A stretch of 47,584 nt of DNA from an uncultured bacterium (GCA_965541585.1 CBEUCH010000020.1:1-47584), one strand, 5' to 3'. Positions 7,991-18,990 are shown, counted from the first letter of the stretch. The notes: generated by a model not told the origin, from the letters alone. Translations and numbers: made by a program.

Positions 7991-10096
7991 ATGGAAAAAG
8001 CGAAAGTTATTTTGGGGCGATCCATAATGGTAATGCTTGCCATCTACTTTTTGGGGGCTGGCGCTGTTTTAGCGCAGAATATCGAATATATCGGTTCCAC
8101 GCTCTGGAGCAAGGTCGGTCACGTTGAAGTCCGTGGCGATTATGCTTATTGTGCTTTTACCAATGGACTGGTAATTCTCGATGTTTCCAATCCCGTTTCT
8201 CCATCATTCGTCAGTCAATTTTATCAACCAGGAGGAGCTGGCCAGTCAGCCGTTTCAGGCAATTATGTCTATAGCACCGGTGGTCCTTATGGTCTGTTCA
8301 TACTCGACATTACCGATCCCTCGAATCCACTGTTGGTAACCAAATACGAAACGACAGGGAGTATATGGGGAGTCTTTCTGGAGGGTAACCACATTTTTGT
8401 TGCTGACGGCGATCTTCAAATAGTGGATATTACAGATCCTGAGGCTCCTGATCTTGTGGGAACCTATACCAATTCTGCCTACCTGAACAGGGTTTTTGTT
8501 GTAGGCAACTACGCATATACTAACAGCTATGATTATGGCCTTGAGGTAATAGACATCTCCGACCCGGCTTTTCCTGTACAGGTAGCACACTACGACCCGC
8601 CAAGCGACACCAAGGAGGTTTACGTTGAGGGCAATTATCTCTACCTGTTAGGAGCCGAGGATCTGCTGATATTTGATATCACTCTTCCGGATAGCCCTGT
8701 ACTAACGGGAACCTACGACTCTCAGTACTGTGGTGTTGATATGGTCGTGGCCGGCGATTATGCTTATCTGGCTGGTAACCGTTATTTCCAGATTTTTGAC
8801 GTGTCTGATCCTGAATCACCGGTGGTTATGGGCGTCTTTGAAACGCCCGGATCCGCCGAAGGCATATGCGTGATCGACAATTATGCTTATATCGCGGATG
8901 GTTTAAGAGGCGGTTTGCAGATATATGATATTGCAGATCGGGAAAGCCCCTCGATAATTGGAAGTTTCGATACGCCGGATCTTGTGTTCGATATATCTGT
9001 AGACGGCAATTACGCTTATGCTGCCACGACCCATTCTGGCCTGGTCGTAGTTGATATCGCCGATCCTTTTAATCCAAGGCCTGTAGGATATAGCGATACG
9101 CCGGAAAAGGCAGTGGCGGTTTCCGTTTCAGGCAATTATGCCTATATTGCTGATGAAGGGCGGGGCTTGCAGATATTCAATGTCGAGAATCCCGGTAATC
9201 CCGAATTGGTTGCCAACTTCGATACCACAATTAATGAAACCGTGGATGTTATGGTGGTGGGAAATTACGCCTACGTGGCGGATTATTATTATGGCTTGTT
9301 TATTGTCGATATTACCGACCCTCTCACACCAACTCTCATTGGAAACTATTTTGTCGAGGATAGAATAGAGGCAGTATTCGTAGACGGAAATTACGCATAC
9401 TTATCTGATCAGGACATCGGGATGCACATAATTGACATTACAGACCCGACCAATCCTTCTCTGGCGACAATCTATGTGACGGCAACAAACAGGATTTCGG
9501 ACATTTACGTAGCCGATAATTACGCTTATCTGGCTCTGGGCACTTCTGCCCTCCATATAGTTGATGTAGCCGATCCGGCTAATCCCGCACTTGTCGGCGT
9601 TTGCCCGCTGCCTATGTCCGGCAACGGTGTATTTGTGGTTGGCAATCGCGCTTACGTCGCCGCTTACGATTCCGGTCTGCAGGTAGTCGATGTCACGAAT
9701 CCTCTCGATCCCGTTTTGGTGGGAAGCTACGATACCCCGGGTGATAGCAGGCGAGTGCTTGTATGGAATAATTACGCCTTCCTGTCTGATCGATATTCAT
9801 TTCAGATCTTGAGGTTTTCCCCCGGTGGTTCTGATTGCCAATATATTTCCGGCGACGCCAACCACAACGGTGTCAATTACGAACTCGCCGATGCCATTGC
9901 AATGATCGACGGTTATAGAGGAACATCGGCTCCCGACTACACATGCAATTGCCCGCTCCGCGGCAATGATTTCGCCCCCGAATTCGATGTTGACGGCAAC
10001 TGCGTTGCGCTGGAACTCAGCGATGTTGTCCGCATTATTGCCGCCTACCGGGGCACGGCTACGGTATCGAGTTGTATTGATTGTCCGGGTTCATGA
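7991..10096 (+). CDS. Secreted LVIVD-repeat protein with a C-terminal Cys-rich dockerin-like module
   Basis: Signal peptide (..AVLA/Q); over a dozen V-x-G-N-Y-A-Y..G-L-x-I-V-D-I-x-D-P repeats; same C-terminal module as the two upstream genes. Confidence 0.88.
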   Translation: MEKAKVILGRSIMVMLAIYFLGAGAVLAQNIEYIGSTLWSKVGHVEVRGDYAYCAFTNGLVILDVSNPVSPSFVSQFYQPGGAGQSAVSGNYVYSTGGPYGLFILDITDPSNPLLVTKYETTGSIWGVFLEGNHIFVADGDLQIVDITDPEAPDLVGTYTNSAYLNRVFVVGNYAYTNSYDYGLEVIDISDPAFPVQVAHYDPPSDTKEVYVEGNYLYLLGAEDLLIFDITLPDSPVLTGTYDSQYCGVDMVVAGDYAYLAGNRYFQIFDVSDPESPVVMGVFETPGSAEGICVIDNYAYIADGLRGGLQIYDIADRESPSIIGSFDTPDLVFDISVDGNYAYAATTHSGLVVVDIADPFNPRPVGYSDTPEKAVAVSVSGNYAYIADEGRGLQIFNVENPGNPELVANFDTTINETVDVMVVGNYAYVADYYYGLFIVDITDPLTPTLIGNYFVEDRIEAVFVDGNYAYLSDQDIGMHIIDITDPTNPSLATIYVTATNRISDIYVADNYAYLALGTSALHIVDVADPANPALVGVCPLPMSGNGVFVVGNRAYVAAYDSGLQVVDVTNPLDPVLVGSYDTPGDSRRVLVWNNYAFLSDRYSFQILRFSPGGSDCQYISGDANHNGVNYELADAIAMIDGYRGTSAPDYTCNCPLRGNDFAPEFDVDGNCVALELSDVVRIIAAYRGTATVSSCIDCPGS

Positions 10097-10201
10097 TGAC
10101 TGCTACGCCAGGATGAAAACTCTCCTTTGTGTGATGACAGGCTTAAAGGCTAAAGCTGCAAGATAAATCGGGTCTGTTTCGCATTAAATAGTCAAGAAAA
10201 A

Positions 10202-10507
10202 CTACCAGATTCCTAACACGTCCTTGGCATATTCCGATGCCATCTCTATGGGATTCCAGGGCGGATCCCAGACAAGCTCAACGTCGACTTTTTCAACTCC
10301 ATCCAGGTCCAGGACAGCGTTCTTCACGGCGCCTATTAATTGCGGTCCGTAAGGACAACCGGGCGTGGTAAGCGTCATCGATATATTCACAGTACTATCA
10401 TCGGGAAAGGCAACATCGTAAATCAGTCCCAGATCGACAATACCGACTCTCATTTCGGGATCCTGGACCGGCGCAATCTTTCCCAGAATTTCTTCTTTGG
10501 TTGGCAT
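10202..10507 (-). CDS. DUF59/SufT-like Fe-S cluster assembly factor
   Basis: VQDPEMRVGIVDLGLIY, MTLTTPGCP and VWDPPW; start set at MPTKEE. Confidence 0.9.
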   Translation of the reverse strand: MPTKEEILGKIAPVQDPEMRVGIVDLGLIYDVAFPDDSTVNISMTLTTPGCPYGPQLIGAVKNAVLDLDGVEKVDVELVWDPPWNPIEMASEYAKDVLGIW

Positions 10508-10509
10508 AG

Positions 10510-10974
10510 CTACTCCGTAGATGTAACAGCGACCTGCTTTTGATTCTCCCAGGCCTCTAATCCGTCGACAAGAGTTGACCACGATAATAAAGCGCACTTG
10601 ATCCGCACCGGAAATCTATTGACGCCCTCGAGAGCGTCCAGGTCGCCCAATTCTATTTCATCATCGGGCTCTTCACCCTTTAGAATAGCCCTGACCGCCC
10701 TGGCTATCTTTTTTACCTCGTCAATCGATTTTCCTTTTATGGTCTCAGCCAGCATGGAGCCTGAAGCCACCGATATGGCGCATCCCATACACTGCACCGA
10801 GATATCGTAAACTCGTCCGCCCTCCACCTTCATGGAAACTTCGATCTCATCGCCACAGACCGGATTCTTACCCTCGTTTACAAAATCGGCGTCTTGTATA
10901 TCCTTCTTGCCGCGAGGGGATTTATAGTGATCCATAATAATATCGCGGTAGAGATCGTCGAGATTATCGTTCAT
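10510..10974 (-). CDS. sufU: SufU Fe-S assembly sulfur-transfer protein
   Basis: LYRDIIMDHYKSPR, NPVCGD, GCAISVASGS and RIKCALL. Confidence 0.92.
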   Translation of the reverse strand: MNDNLDDLYRDIIMDHYKSPRGKKDIQDADFVNEGKNPVCGDEIEVSMKVEGGRVYDISVQCMGCAISVASGSMLAETIKGKSIDEVKKIARAVRAILKGEEPDDEIELGDLDALEGVNRFPVRIKCALLSWSTLVDGLEAWENQKQVAVTSTE

Positions 10975-12262
10975 GACTAAAATACCTCCGGGCGGCGATA
11001 AGGGCATCTATAAGTTTATCTATGTCATCTTCGGTGTTATATATGTAAATGCTGGCGCGAGCGGCTGCAACCACCCCCAGGCGTCGCATCAACGGTTGGG
11101 CGCAAAGGTGCCCGGCACGAATCGCTACTCCGTGAGAATCGAGAAATGTTGCCAGGTCATGAGGGTGTATTAAATCATCGACAAATGATATCGCTCCCCC
11201 TCGATTTTCGATGTCGCGCGGGCCAAAAATCTTTATGTGATCCAGCTCTGACAATTTATCAAGGGCATAGGAGGTTAACTCCATTTCATGCCGGCGAACT
11301 CGATCCATGCCGATTCCACTTAGATAATCCAAAGCGGGAGAGAAGCCGATTGCTCCCGCTATATTCGGCGTGCCGGCCTCGAATTTCCAGGGAAGCGTGG
11401 TCCAGTCGGCATAGTCGTAGCGAACTTCATTTATCATCTCACCGCCATATAAAAACGGCTCCATATCATTTAGCAAAGATTCCTTGCCATAGAGCACGCC
11501 GATTCCCGTGGGACCGAGCATCTTGTGAGCCGAGAAAACAAAAAAATCGGCGTCAATCGTCTTCACATTAACCGGTAAATGGGGAGCGCTCTGGGCGCCA
11601 TCCACCAAAACCAGCGAACCGTTAGCATGTGCGATACGTGCTATTTCATCTACAGGATTTATGGTTGCGAGAACGTTGGACATTTGCGTTATAGCAACGA
11701 TCTTCGTATTCGGGGAGACTATCTTATCGAGATCAGCCAGATCGAGCATTCCGCTATCGTCAATCGGTATATATTTTAATTCAGCTCCCGTCTCTTTCGA
11801 CAGGGCGATCCAGGGAACGAGATTGGCATGATGCTCCATCTCCGTGAGGATTATCCTGTCGCCTTTTTTGATATTTCGACGTCCCCAGCTATGGGCAACC
11901 AGATTGATCGCCTCCGTGGCGTTACGAGTATAGACTACCTCCTCGGTCTTGACACCTCCAATAAAGTCGGCTATTTTTTTGCGTGTCTCTTCGAAAGCTG
12001 TTGTTGCCTCTTCGGCCAGCGTGTGAAGACCGCGATGGACATTCGCATTGGTGTTACTATAGTAGTTCTCCAGGGCCGCTATAACGCTCCGAGGCTTCTG
12101 GGTCGTGGCAGCGTTATCGAGATAGACGAGCCTGTTTGAACCGATTCTCCGGTCGAGGATAGGAAAATCCCGGATAATCCTTCCGGGATCAAAGGCCTTG
12201 CCTAACGATTTCTTATCGGCCAATGGTGTTTCTATTATTTTATCCTGATCCAAATCAGACAC
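10964..12262 (-). CDS. sufS: Cysteine desulfurase SufS
   Basis: YLDNAATTQKP, PLP lysine motif FSAHKMLGPTG, catalytic RAGHLCAQP. Confidence 0.95.
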   Translation of the reverse strand: MSDLDQDKIIETPLADKKSLGKAFDPGRIIRDFPILDRRIGSNRLVYLDNAATTQKPRSVIAALENYYSNTNANVHRGLHTLAEEATTAFEETRKKIADFIGGVKTEEVVYTRNATEAINLVAHSWGRRNIKKGDRIILTEMEHHANLVPWIALSKETGAELKYIPIDDSGMLDLADLDKIVSPNTKIVAITQMSNVLATINPVDEIARIAHANGSLVLVDGAQSAPHLPVNVKTIDADFFVFSAHKMLGPTGIGVLYGKESLLNDMEPFLYGGEMINEVRYDYADWTTLPWKFEAGTPNIAGAIGFSPALDYLSGIGMDRVRRHEMELTSYALDKLSELDHIKIFGPRDIENRGGAISFVDDLIHPHDLATFLDSHGVAIRAGHLCAQPLMRRLGVVAAARASIYIYNTEDDIDKLIDALIAARRYFSHER

Positions 12263-12265
12263 TCC

Positions 12266-12583
12266 TCATTCGTCTAAGGCCACCAGGATATCGCCGTTCT
12301 CGATCTTTACCCGGTAGGTTCCCACTCCGATAACCGCCGGCATCTGGGTGGCGTTTCCCGTTTTGAGATCGAATCGGGCGCCATGCCGGGGACACTGGAT
12401 CTGACCATCGACAATATCGCCGGCCCCGAGATCCCCACCGTCATGAGTGCAGATATCATCCACGGCGTATACGATGCCGTCATATCGAGCGACTGCAATC
12501 GCCTTATCTTCTATCCTGAAGGTCTTAACCGTACCTTCGGTAATTTCATTATCGCCGCATATCCGCTTGAATTCGTCTGTCAT
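12266..12583 (-). CDS. Rieske [2Fe-2S] ferredoxin
   Basis: CTH...CPRHGARFD Rieske motifs; usual position in a SUF operon. Confidence 0.92.
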   Translation of the reverse strand: MTDEFKRICGDNEITEGTVKTFRIEDKAIAVARYDGIVYAVDDICTHDGGDLGAGDIVDGQIQCPRHGARFDLKTGNATQMPAVIGVGTYRVKIENGDILVALDE

Positions 12584-12584
12584 C

Positions 12585-13880
12585 TTAAACCACTTCTAGC
12601 TTTTCGGATACCATGTTCTGGATAATCTGAACCGCTTCCCCCGGAACCTCGCCCAGAGTGGAAGCCACGAATCCTTCAACAATGGCTTTTATGGCATCGT
12701 TGTCTGAAAAACCTCTGCTCCTGAGATAAAACACCATCTCGCGATCGATCGGCCCCATGGTAGCCCCGTGGGTGCACCGGACCTGGTCGGTCATTATTTC
12801 AAGCTCCGGGATCGATTCGACCCTGGTGCCATTGTTCAACAACAGGTTTCTATTTTCCTGATAGGCCTCACAGTTGGCTGTATCCTTCTCGATCCTGATA
12901 AGCCCGGTATAGGCGGAGTCCGCTTTATCTTTCAAGATAACCTTGAAGTCGAGATCGGAGAATGATTCTCCGGCCGTATGATGGTGTCGGGTATGGTAAT
13001 CGAAATGCTGTTTTCCGTCGCCGAAAATTATCCCTGCCATCCTGCTATTAGCGCCTCTGCCTGTCAACTTCGCACCGGCATTTATCTTCGTAACTGCGCT
13101 TCCGAAGCCGCCAAATAGAGAATAAAGATTAGTGTTTTGTTTTACCTCTGATCGGATGGTCATATACGTGACGTTGTCGTCGGCCAGGCGCTGCATATTA
13201 ATATATTTCATATTAGCCGAATCACCGGCGTACAGCTCGACAGCGCTATTGGCGATGGCGCCATCGTGACGACAGTGACACGAGTAATCATCCAGGATGG
13301 TAGCCTGGGAATTGTCGCCCGCCACAATCAGAAGTCGCTGAAATGTAAATCTACCGGTTGGATGACGATGCAGGTAGATCGGCTTTTCAATTACGATGTT
13401 GTCGGGGATATGAATGAACAGTCCGGTGTTCCAGAGAGCCATATTCAGCGCTTCGAATTTGCCGAATTCGGGATCAATCAATCCGCCCAGGTGCTTTTCA
13501 ACCAGATCTCCGTTCTCCCTTATTGCGGCGAAAAGATCCTTGAAGATTATGCCTTCGTTTGCAAGCTCAGGGCTTATCTGCGCGAAAGTGAATAGATCGC
13601 TTCTATTGTAGCCGAAAGCTGCATGCTCAGGATTCATCTGCCGAATATCCCGGGGCAAGTCATCGGGCTTAACCGGCAGGATGTTCTGCAATTCCTCCGG
13701 TTTCTCTATTACAAATTGTGCGGGATCGGTATAGCGCCAGAGATGTTTGGTTCGTTCCGGCAGGGGACTTTTGTTGTAATGCTCCCAGCCGTCTTTGCGA
13801 AGTTCATATAACCACTTCGGCTCACCATCGTCCATTTGCCTGAATTCGACCACATTCTTGACTATGACATCGATATCCAT
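12585..13880 (-). CDS. sufD: Fe-S cluster assembly protein SufD
   Basis: WRYTD, PELEIMTDQVRCTHGATMG and FYLRSRG; start MDIDV after RBS AAGGG. Confidence 0.9.
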   Translation of the reverse strand: MDIDVIVKNVVEFRQMDDGEPKWLYELRKDGWEHYNKSPLPERTKHLWRYTDPAQFVIEKPEELQNILPVKPDDLPRDIRQMNPEHAAFGYNRSDLFTFAQISPELANEGIIFKDLFAAIRENGDLVEKHLGGLIDPEFGKFEALNMALWNTGLFIHIPDNIVIEKPIYLHRHPTGRFTFQRLLIVAGDNSQATILDDYSCHCRHDGAIANSAVELYAGDSANMKYINMQRLADDNVTYMTIRSEVKQNTNLYSLFGGFGSAVTKINAGAKLTGRGANSRMAGIIFGDGKQHFDYHTRHHHTAGESFSDLDFKVILKDKADSAYTGLIRIEKDTANCEAYQENRNLLLNNGTRVESIPELEIMTDQVRCTHGATMGPIDREMVFYLRSRGFSDNDAIKAIVEGFVASTLGEVPGEAVQIIQNMVSEKLEVV

Positions 13881-13890
13881 TTCAATTCCC

Positions 13891-15321
13891 TTAGCCAACT
13901 GACCCCTCCATTTCAAGTTCGATGAGGCGGTTCAACTCAACGGCATACTCCATCGGTAGCTCCTTGGTGAACGGCTCGATGAAACCGTTTATTATCAGAA
14001 GGCGGGCTTCGTCCTCGGTGAGGCCCCGGCTGGTAAGGTAGAAGAGCTGTTCCTCGGCGACCTTGCTGACCCGGGCCTCATGCTCGATGCGAACCTCGTC
14101 GGCGTCAATCTCCATCGTCGGATAAGTATCTGAACGGGAGGCCTCGTCAAGCAGGAGAGCATCGCACTCCACTGAAACCTTGCTGTTTACGGCGTTAGGG
14201 TAGACTTTCACCATCCCGCGATAAGACGAACGCCCCGCGCCTTTTGAGATTGATTTCGATGTTATCCGGGAGCTGGTATTGGGCGCCGCATGGATGACCT
14301 TGGCCCCGGCATCCTGATGCTGGCCATCGCCGGCAAAAGCAATTGAGAGGATCTCGCCTTTGGCCCCTTCGCCTACCAGATAAACACATGGATATTTCAT
14401 GGTCAGTTTCGATCCCAGATTACCATCGACCCACTCCACCGTGGCGTTCTTATGAGCCATGGCCCGCTTGGTTACCAGGTTGAAGATGTTGCGAGACCAG
14501 TTCTGGATCGTCGTATATCTGATATAAGCGTCTTCGAGAGCAATTAATTCGACAACTGCGGAATGCAGGGAATCAGTGCTATAGGTCGGCGCGGTGCAAC
14601 CTTCGATATAGTGAACTCTCGAGCCCTTATCTGCGATGATCAGCGTCCTTTCGAATTGACCCATGTTCTCGGCGTTGATTCTGAAATACGCCTGAAGCGG
14701 GATCTTGACATCGATTCCCGGTGGCACATAGATGAATGATCCGCCCGACCAGACGGCCGAATTGAGCGCCGCAAACTTATTATCGTTTGGCGGAATCACC
14801 GTGCTGAAGTATTTTTTGACAATGTCGGGATACTCTTGCAGGCCGCTGTCCATGTCCAGGAAAACGACTCCCTGTTTCTCCAGATCCTCTTTGAGAGAAT
14901 GGTAAACAACCTCCGATTCGTATTGCACTGAAACGCCCGCAAGGAACTTTTTCTCAGCTTCGGGTATACCCAGCTTTTCGAACGTATTCTTGATGTTCTC
15001 GGGGATATCATCCCAGCTTTTGCCCTGCATCTCGATAGGCTTTATGTAGTAGTAGATATTTTCGAAATCGATCGAGTTTAAAAGTTCTGTATCACCCCAG
15101 CGGGGCATCGGTTTGGAGAGAAAAATGTCCAGGGCCTTATGTCTGAATTCTTTCATCCAGTCCGGCTCTTTTTTCATCCTGGACATCATTTCGATCAAGT
15201 CGTGATCGAGCCCCTTAGCGCCTTTGTGGAAATATTCTTCGGGATCTCTGAAACCATATCTGGTTTCGTAATCGCTCCCGATATCCTCCAGGTTTTTATT
15301 TCTATCAAGAATCTCAGCCAT
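13891..15321 (-). CDS. sufB: Fe-S cluster assembly protein SufB
   Basis: [31 protein letters not shown] and C-terminal EMEGSVG. Confidence 0.97.
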   Translation of the reverse strand: MAEILDRNKNLEDIGSDYETRYGFRDPEEYFHKGAKGLDHDLIEMMSRMKKEPDWMKEFRHKALDIFLSKPMPRWGDTELLNSIDFENIYYYIKPIEMQGKSWDDIPENIKNTFEKLGIPEAEKKFLAGVSVQYESEVVYHSLKEDLEKQGVVFLDMDSGLQEYPDIVKKYFSTVIPPNDNKFAALNSAVWSGGSFIYVPPGIDVKIPLQAYFRINAENMGQFERTLIIADKGSRVHYIEGCTAPTYSTDSLHSAVVELIALEDAYIRYTTIQNWSRNIFNLVTKRAMAHKNATVEWVDGNLGSKLTMKYPCVYLVGEGAKGEILSIAFAGDGQHQDAGAKVIHAAPNTSSRITSKSISKGAGRSSYRGMVKVYPNAVNSKVSVECDALLLDEASRSDTYPTMEIDADEVRIEHEARVSKVAEEQLFYLTSRGLTEDEARLLIINGFIEPFTKELPMEYAVELNRLIELEMEGSVG

Positions 15322-15322
15322 A

Positions 15323-16096
15323 TCAAGCCTCTATCTTTTCCGGTATCTGATTTTTCATTCGATCATAACCCTGCTCCTCAAGCTGATGAGCCAGCTCAGG
15401 GCCGCCGGATTTGACAATTCTGCCGTCGATCATCACGTGAACCCGATCGGGTTTAACGTAATTTAGAATTCTCTGGTAATGGGTTACCAGAAGAACTCCG
15501 TCATTCGAGGTGGAAAAAGTGTTGATACCTTTCGAGACGATCTTCAAAGCATCGATATCAAGGCCCGAATCGGTCTCATCCAGTATGGCGATCCGCGGTT
15601 TGAGCATCGCCATCTGCAGGATCTCCAGCCGCTTCTTCTCACCGCCGGAGAAGCCATCGTTAACATAGCGGGTGGCGAAAGATTTGTTGATTTTCAGGAG
15701 ATGGAATTTTTCCATCAACTCTTTGCGGAAGTTTCTCATTCTGGAATCATCGTTGCCGGATCTGGCCTTAATAGCGGTGCGCAGGAAGTTTGCTACCGTG
15801 ACACCCGGGATGGCCAGGGGGTACTGAAAAGCCAGAAATAATCCTGCCAGCGATCGCTCGGTGGCATCCATCTCCAGGAGATTCTGTCCATCAATAAAAG
15901 CTTCTCCCGATGTGATCTCGTAACTGGGATGCCCGGCCAGGGCATTCGCCAGACTCGATTTACCGGAGCCGTTGGGTCCCATCAAGGCGTGCTTCTCGCC
16001 GCGCCTGATATCCAGAGAGACCCCTTTTACGATTTCTTTGCCATCGATCCTGACTTTAATATCTCTAATCGAAAAAATTATCTTCTTATCAGCCAT
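15323..16096 (-). CDS. sufC: Fe-S cluster assembly ATPase SufC
   Basis: Walker [17 protein letters not shown] and [13 protein letters not shown]. Confidence 0.97.
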   Translation of the reverse strand: MADKKIIFSIRDIKVRIDGKEIVKGVSLDIRRGEKHALMGPNGSGKSSLANALAGHPSYEITSGEAFIDGQNLLEMDATERSLAGLFLAFQYPLAIPGVTVANFLRTAIKARSGNDDSRMRNFRKELMEKFHLLKINKSFATRYVNDGFSGGEKKRLEILQMAMLKPRIAILDETDSGLDIDALKIVSKGINTFSTSNDGVLLVTHYQRILNYVKPDRVHVMIDGRIVKSGGPELAHQLEEQGYDRMKNQIPEKIEA

Positions 16097-16152
16097 TTTG
16101 CCCTCATTCTAAACTCTCTATTTGTTCAAAACGTAAACTACTTCCCTTTGAT

Positions 16153-16629
16153 TTAAGTTTCAGCCTGTGTTCGATTTTGGAGAACAGGAGCCTCCATTGC
16201 TTTTGAAAGATCTACATCTCCGGCCGCCACATCCGCCAGACTAACCCGGGAGAGCATACTCCCGATGAAGCCGTCGAAACTCTTCCAGATGTGGCGCACT
16301 GTGCAATCAGCGTTGTGAACGCAGTCATCGTTTTCACCGGCGAACCTGTCGCAATAACCGTCGAAAAAAACTCGATCTCCAAGAGCATCGAAAATCTCTT
16401 TGAGCCGGATATCTTCGGGCTCTTTAGTCAATGCATAGCCGCCGTTTCTCCCGCGGACCGCCCTGACCAAACCGGCCTTCTTGAGAATCATCAAGAGCTT
16501 TCCAGCGTAAGGAACCGATACTCTCTCACTTTCAGCGAAAACCGGCAGGGTCAGCGAAACCTCCTGCCCGCTGCGTGCCAAAAGCAACATGCAGCGAAAT
16601 CCGTATTCTTCTAAAGCCGTAATTCTCAT
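16153..16629 (-). CDS. Rrf2-family transcriptional regulator with three Cys (IscR-like)
   Basis: LKKAGLVRAVRGRNGGYAL winged HTH; C-x9-C-x5-C; first gene of the suf operon. Confidence 0.9.
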   Translation of the reverse strand: MRITALEEYGFRCMLLLARSGQEVSLTLPVFAESERVSVPYAGKLLMILKKAGLVRAVRGRNGGYALTKEPEDIRLKEIFDALGDRVFFDGYCDRFAGENDDCVHNADCTVRHIWKSFDGFIGSMLSRVSLADVAAGDVDLSKAMEAPVLQNRTQAET

Positions 16630-16850
16630 TTACTATCTTCCTACTCGGTTGAATAATAGTAAATCTATACAAAAAAGTAAAGTATTATTTGAAAATAATC
16701 ATAAGCCTTTATATTTCAACAGGATAAGCTCCTCCCCAACATGAATTCTCCGTCCATTTTTCCTGGAATTCATATACAACCTCAAACTCATATTGTCATG
16801 ACGCACGTTCCAAATCAGGCGGATTCGGCCTTAGCCCCGTTTATTATTGC

Positions 16851-16880
16851 TTGACTGGAACTACTTATCCCTGCCACAAT
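16851..16880 (+). promoter_or_regulatory. Putative sigma70 promoter for rubrerythrin
   Basis: TTGACT-N18-CACAAT with TG immediately before the -10 spacer base (extended -10). Confidence 0.4.
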
Positions 16881-16917
16881 GTTTTTTCTTTGGAAAATAT
16901 GGAAACCGGGAGGAGTT

Positions 16918-17409
16918 TTGAAGACTGATGATAATCTGAAGGCAGCCTTCGAGGGCGAATGCAAAGCCTATATGAAATATATGGCTTATGCCGCGGCTGC
17001 CGAAAAAGAGGGGCAGAGACAGATCGCAAAGCTATTCAGAGCCTTAGCCGGGGCGGAGAGGATCCATGCCTTAAACCACTTTGCAGTAATGGGAGAATCC
17101 GGCAGCGTGGAACAGAATACTTCTTCTGCCATCGATGCGGAGACGTATGAATTCACACAGATGTATCCGGCATTTATTCGGCAGGCGGATCAGGACTCCC
17201 AGGCCAGGGCAGCCGCTTCATTCAAGGGAGCCTCGGCGGTTGAGAAGATTCATAGCAGCCTGTTAAGCCATGCCTTGCGATCTCTTGGCCGCAGCAAGGA
17301 AGAGGACTACTATGTCTGCAATGTCTGCGGAAATACTGTTCGGGGTAGTCTACCGGATAGATGTGCGGTTTGCAGCGCTGGCAGCGAAAAGTTCAACTTC
17401 GTGGAATAG
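16918..17409 (+). CDS. rbr: Rubrerythrin
   Basis: NLKAAFEGE, AERIHA and VEKIH diiron motifs; C-terminal CxxC..CxxC. TTG start after AGGAG preferred. Confidence 0.9.
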   Translation: MKTDDNLKAAFEGECKAYMKYMAYAAAAEKEGQRQIAKLFRALAGAERIHALNHFAVMGESGSVEQNTSSAIDAETYEFTQMYPAFIRQADQDSQARAAASFKGASAVEKIHSSLLSHALRSLGRSKEEDYYVCNVCGNTVRGSLPDRCAVCSAGSEKFNFVE

Positions 17410-17507
17410 CTCGCCGGAGCTGTGTAAGAGACTTTTGGTTGGCCGTGATTACCAAGAACATTGCTACCGGAATCCAGGGCCGTGCTTAGCCGAATAGGAG
17501 GTATCAA

Positions 17508-18962
17508 TTGAATTGCAGAATTATGAGGGGGAAAATTGAGGGATATTCCGGCGACGCTTTAATTGCGTTGCTTTATCAGCGTGATAACTATCATAAGGAG
17601 CCCCTTGCAGGGCTGATAAATAAGGCTTTTAAAAAAGCGCATTTCAGGGCTGATGAGGGAGAGCTCTTTCAGATATATCCATGCGATGGTGTAACAGCCG
17701 GGCGGTTGATTCTGGTGGGGCTCGGAAAAAAAGAAACGGCCGATCTCAATACGCTGCGCAGAGCGGCGGCAACGGCTATCAAAACTGTTTATAACCTGAA
17801 GAACGTCGCCTTTCTGCCCGTGGGAAAGCCGGGAGAAACTCTGGCTCCTCTGGTTGAAGGTGTGCTTCTGGGCAGTTATAGATTCGATAAGCTGAAAAGC
17901 GAAAAAAAGAGAATAAGGCTCTCCGAGATCTCATTTTTTGCCGGAGCCTCGAGAATAGATCAATCTGTGATAACCCGCGCGCATGTAATTACCGAGGGCA
18001 CGATTCTGGCCCGCGACCTGACTAACCTGCCGGCTAATCTATTAACTCCGAAGAAACTGGCCGACGAGGCCAGCAGGCTTGGTGAAAAACATGGGATACC
18101 TGTCGAGGTACTATCTGAAAACGATCTTAAAAAACTAAAGATGGGTGCCTTGCTGTCGGTCGGCAAGGGCTCCGAGAATCGCCCCAGGATGGTTGTCTGG
18201 AACTACAAAGGCACCAGGGCCAAAGATGCCCCTATCGTCCTGGTTGGTAAGGGAGTTACTTTCGATACCGGTGGCATTTCCCTTAAGCCATCCGAGAAAA
18301 TGGGAGCCATGAAGGGTGATATGGGAGCAGCGGGAGCGGTCATCTCGCTAATCCCTGTATTGGGTCAGTTGAAACCGAGGATAAATGTAGTCGGCATTAC
18401 CCCGCTGGTTGAGAATATGCCATCGGGCTCGGCCTATCGGCCCGGCGATGTACTCACGGCGTCTAACGGAAAAACCATCGAAGTTATTTCCACGGATGCA
18501 GAGGGACGACTCATCTTAGCCGATGCCCTGGTGTACGCTGGCAGATTCAAGCCAAAATATGTCGTGGATATTGCTACACTAACCGGCGCCTGCATGGTAG
18601 CTCTCGGTCTTCATATTTGCGCGGGCATAATGGGTACTGACCAACCATTAATAGAACGTCTCATAAAGGCAGGCGCGCAATCCGGCGAACGTCTCTGGCA
18701 ACTACCGCTGTGGGGTGAATACAAAAATCTTATAAGAAGTCCGGTTGCAGATATGAAGAACAGCGGCGGCAGGTGGGGTGGGGCGATTACCGCCGGCTCT
18801 ATCCTCTCTAACTTCGCAGAGGGTTACCGTTGGGCGCATGTCGATATGGCGGGCATGGATAACGAGGAAAAGATACACCCATATCGCTCAAAAGGCGCTA
18901 CCGGCTGGGGCGTTCAGCTCCTATCCCGGTTCATCTTGACCGAAGCCCGTTATAAGAGGTAG
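17508..18962 (+). CDS. pepA: Leucyl aminopeptidase (M17)
   Basis: VGKGVTFDTGG, MKGDMG, TDAEGRLILADAL and DIATLTGA; RBS AGGAGG. Confidence 0.95.
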   Translation: MNCRIMRGKIEGYSGDALIALLYQRDNYHKEPLAGLINKAFKKAHFRADEGELFQIYPCDGVTAGRLILVGLGKKETADLNTLRRAAATAIKTVYNLKNVAFLPVGKPGETLAPLVEGVLLGSYRFDKLKSEKKRIRLSEISFFAGASRIDQSVITRAHVITEGTILARDLTNLPANLLTPKKLADEASRLGEKHGIPVEVLSENDLKKLKMGALLSVGKGSENRPRMVVWNYKGTRAKDAPIVLVGKGVTFDTGGISLKPSEKMGAMKGDMGAAGAVISLIPVLGQLKPRINVVGITPLVENMPSGSAYRPGDVLTASNGKTIEVISTDAEGRLILADALVYAGRFKPKYVVDIATLTGACMVALGLHICAGIMGTDQPLIERLIKAGAQSGERLWQLPLWGEYKNLIRSPVADMKNSGGRWGGAITAGSILSNFAEGYRWAHVDMAGMDNEEKIHPYRSKGATGWGVQLLSRFILTEARYKR

Positions 18963-18990
18963 GGCAAACTCTCTCAAGGCTTGACAGTTA

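Noticed and set aside
8250..9140. 18-bp exact repeat CCGTTTCAGGCAATTATG at 8250 and 9123
   Set aside because: Explained by the LVIVD protein repeats (VSGNY); no reverse transcriptase or adenine-specific variation to suggest a diversity-generating retroelement.
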